This document shows, piece after piece, positions 63,804 to 64,000 of a DNA stretch of 64,000 bases. The stretch spans positions 9,087 through 73,086 of the forward strand of contig JAXDKS010000039.1 of assembly GCA_034666985.1 (NCBI GenBank), given 5' to 3'. Made by a program: the position numbers and the translations under genes. The notes under the pieces were generated by a model. It was not told the DNA's origin and searched no databases. It saw only the letters and a list, made by a program, of their open reading frames with translations. The stretch is from Acidobacteriota bacterium (GTDB lineage Bacteria; Acidobacteriota; Thermoanaerobaculia; Multivoradales; UBA5704). The first letter of the stretch is position 1; the number at the start of each line of letters is the position of its first letter.

Positions 63804-64000
63804 ATGGCGCCCAAGGTCCACTTCAAGGGGCTGAACAGCCTGCGGTTCTTCGCCGCCCTGTTCGTGGTCATCGGCCATATCCCCCTCAACCAGGCGAGCC
63901 TCGGGCTGCCGCACCCCTCCTACGGGGCGCTCTTCTTCCGCGGCGCCTGTGCCGTCTCCTTCTTCTTCACCCTGAGCGGGTTCCTCATCACCTACCTGCT
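63804..64000 (+). CDS. acyltransferase family 3 (AT3, O-acyltransferase), N-terminal fragment running off the right edge
   Basis: Hand translated from ATG 63804 as MAPKVHFKGLNSLRFFAALFVVIGHIPLNQASLGLPHPSYGALFFRGACAVSFFFTLSGFLITYL. It has the AT3 hallmarks L-R-x-x-A-A-x-x-V-x-x-x-H and FF-x-LSGFLI. It is not in the ORF track because it is open at the edge. Confidence 0.7.
   Translation, partial: MAPKVHFKGLNSLRFFAALFVVIGHIPLNQASLGLPHPSYGALFFRGACAVSFFFTLSGFLITYL

Overview
This is a gene-dense, high-GC bacterial chromosomal segment (hand counts of 60-nt samples: about 80% G+C in core genes, 47-62% in two small islets). I recognised no rRNA, tRNA, CRISPR array, transposase or integrase. A GWxTD-type lipoprotein and the style of the polysaccharide locus suggest an Acidobacteriota-like origin, but that is inference only.

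The left half (1-33 kb) mixes housekeeping and accessory genes:
- aroA (cut by the window edge), an MBL hydrolase, an lpxH-like gene, apbC/mrp, plsC and mlaEFD.
- A UDP-glucuronate cassette (4-epimerase, ugd, uxs), yggX and a TVP38 protein.
- A reversed-order hicB-hicA pair. hicA is 59 aa with a TTG start and is missing from the ORF track.
- A minus-strand operon folE / GWxTD lipoprotein / fabH-like / ClpX-like AAA ATPase.
- A CBS protein, kynB, a ferritin-like protein, hbd, an aminotransferase and an M61 peptidase.
- A five-gene NRPS service operon (PLP enzyme, PLP decarboxylase, MbtH, type II thioesterase, Sfp-type PPTase) with no NRPS anywhere in the window.
- DUF1499, an SRPBCC protein, a lower-GC islet (NYN nuclease plus YgiT-type zinc ribbon), a second MBL hydrolase, ggt and a SprT-like protein.

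The right half (33-64 kb) is one large polysaccharide (EPS or O-antigen type) locus. A NusG/UpxY-like paralog heads about 25 kb of co-directional genes, 11 of which are joined by 4-nt start/stop overlaps. The locus holds about 11-13 glycosyltransferases, an AsnB-like amidotransferase, Wzx- and Wzy-like proteins, three methyltransferases, an SGNH hydrolase, a radical SAM/SPASM enzyme and a carbamoyltransferase. It also carries a sugar 3-dehydrogenase plus DegT aminotransferase pair, an ATP-grasp ligase, a HAD hydrolase, an epimerase and an AT3 acyltransferase that is cut by the right edge.

The least explained signals are two strictly 21-bp-phased repeat arrays, each in a convergent intergenic gap beside a small RNase-type module:
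- 12931-13287: 17 direct units.
- 28253-28520: 13 units with a TCGCGA core and a switch of orientation.

Start codons were refined by hand from the sequence. No computation or database search was available.
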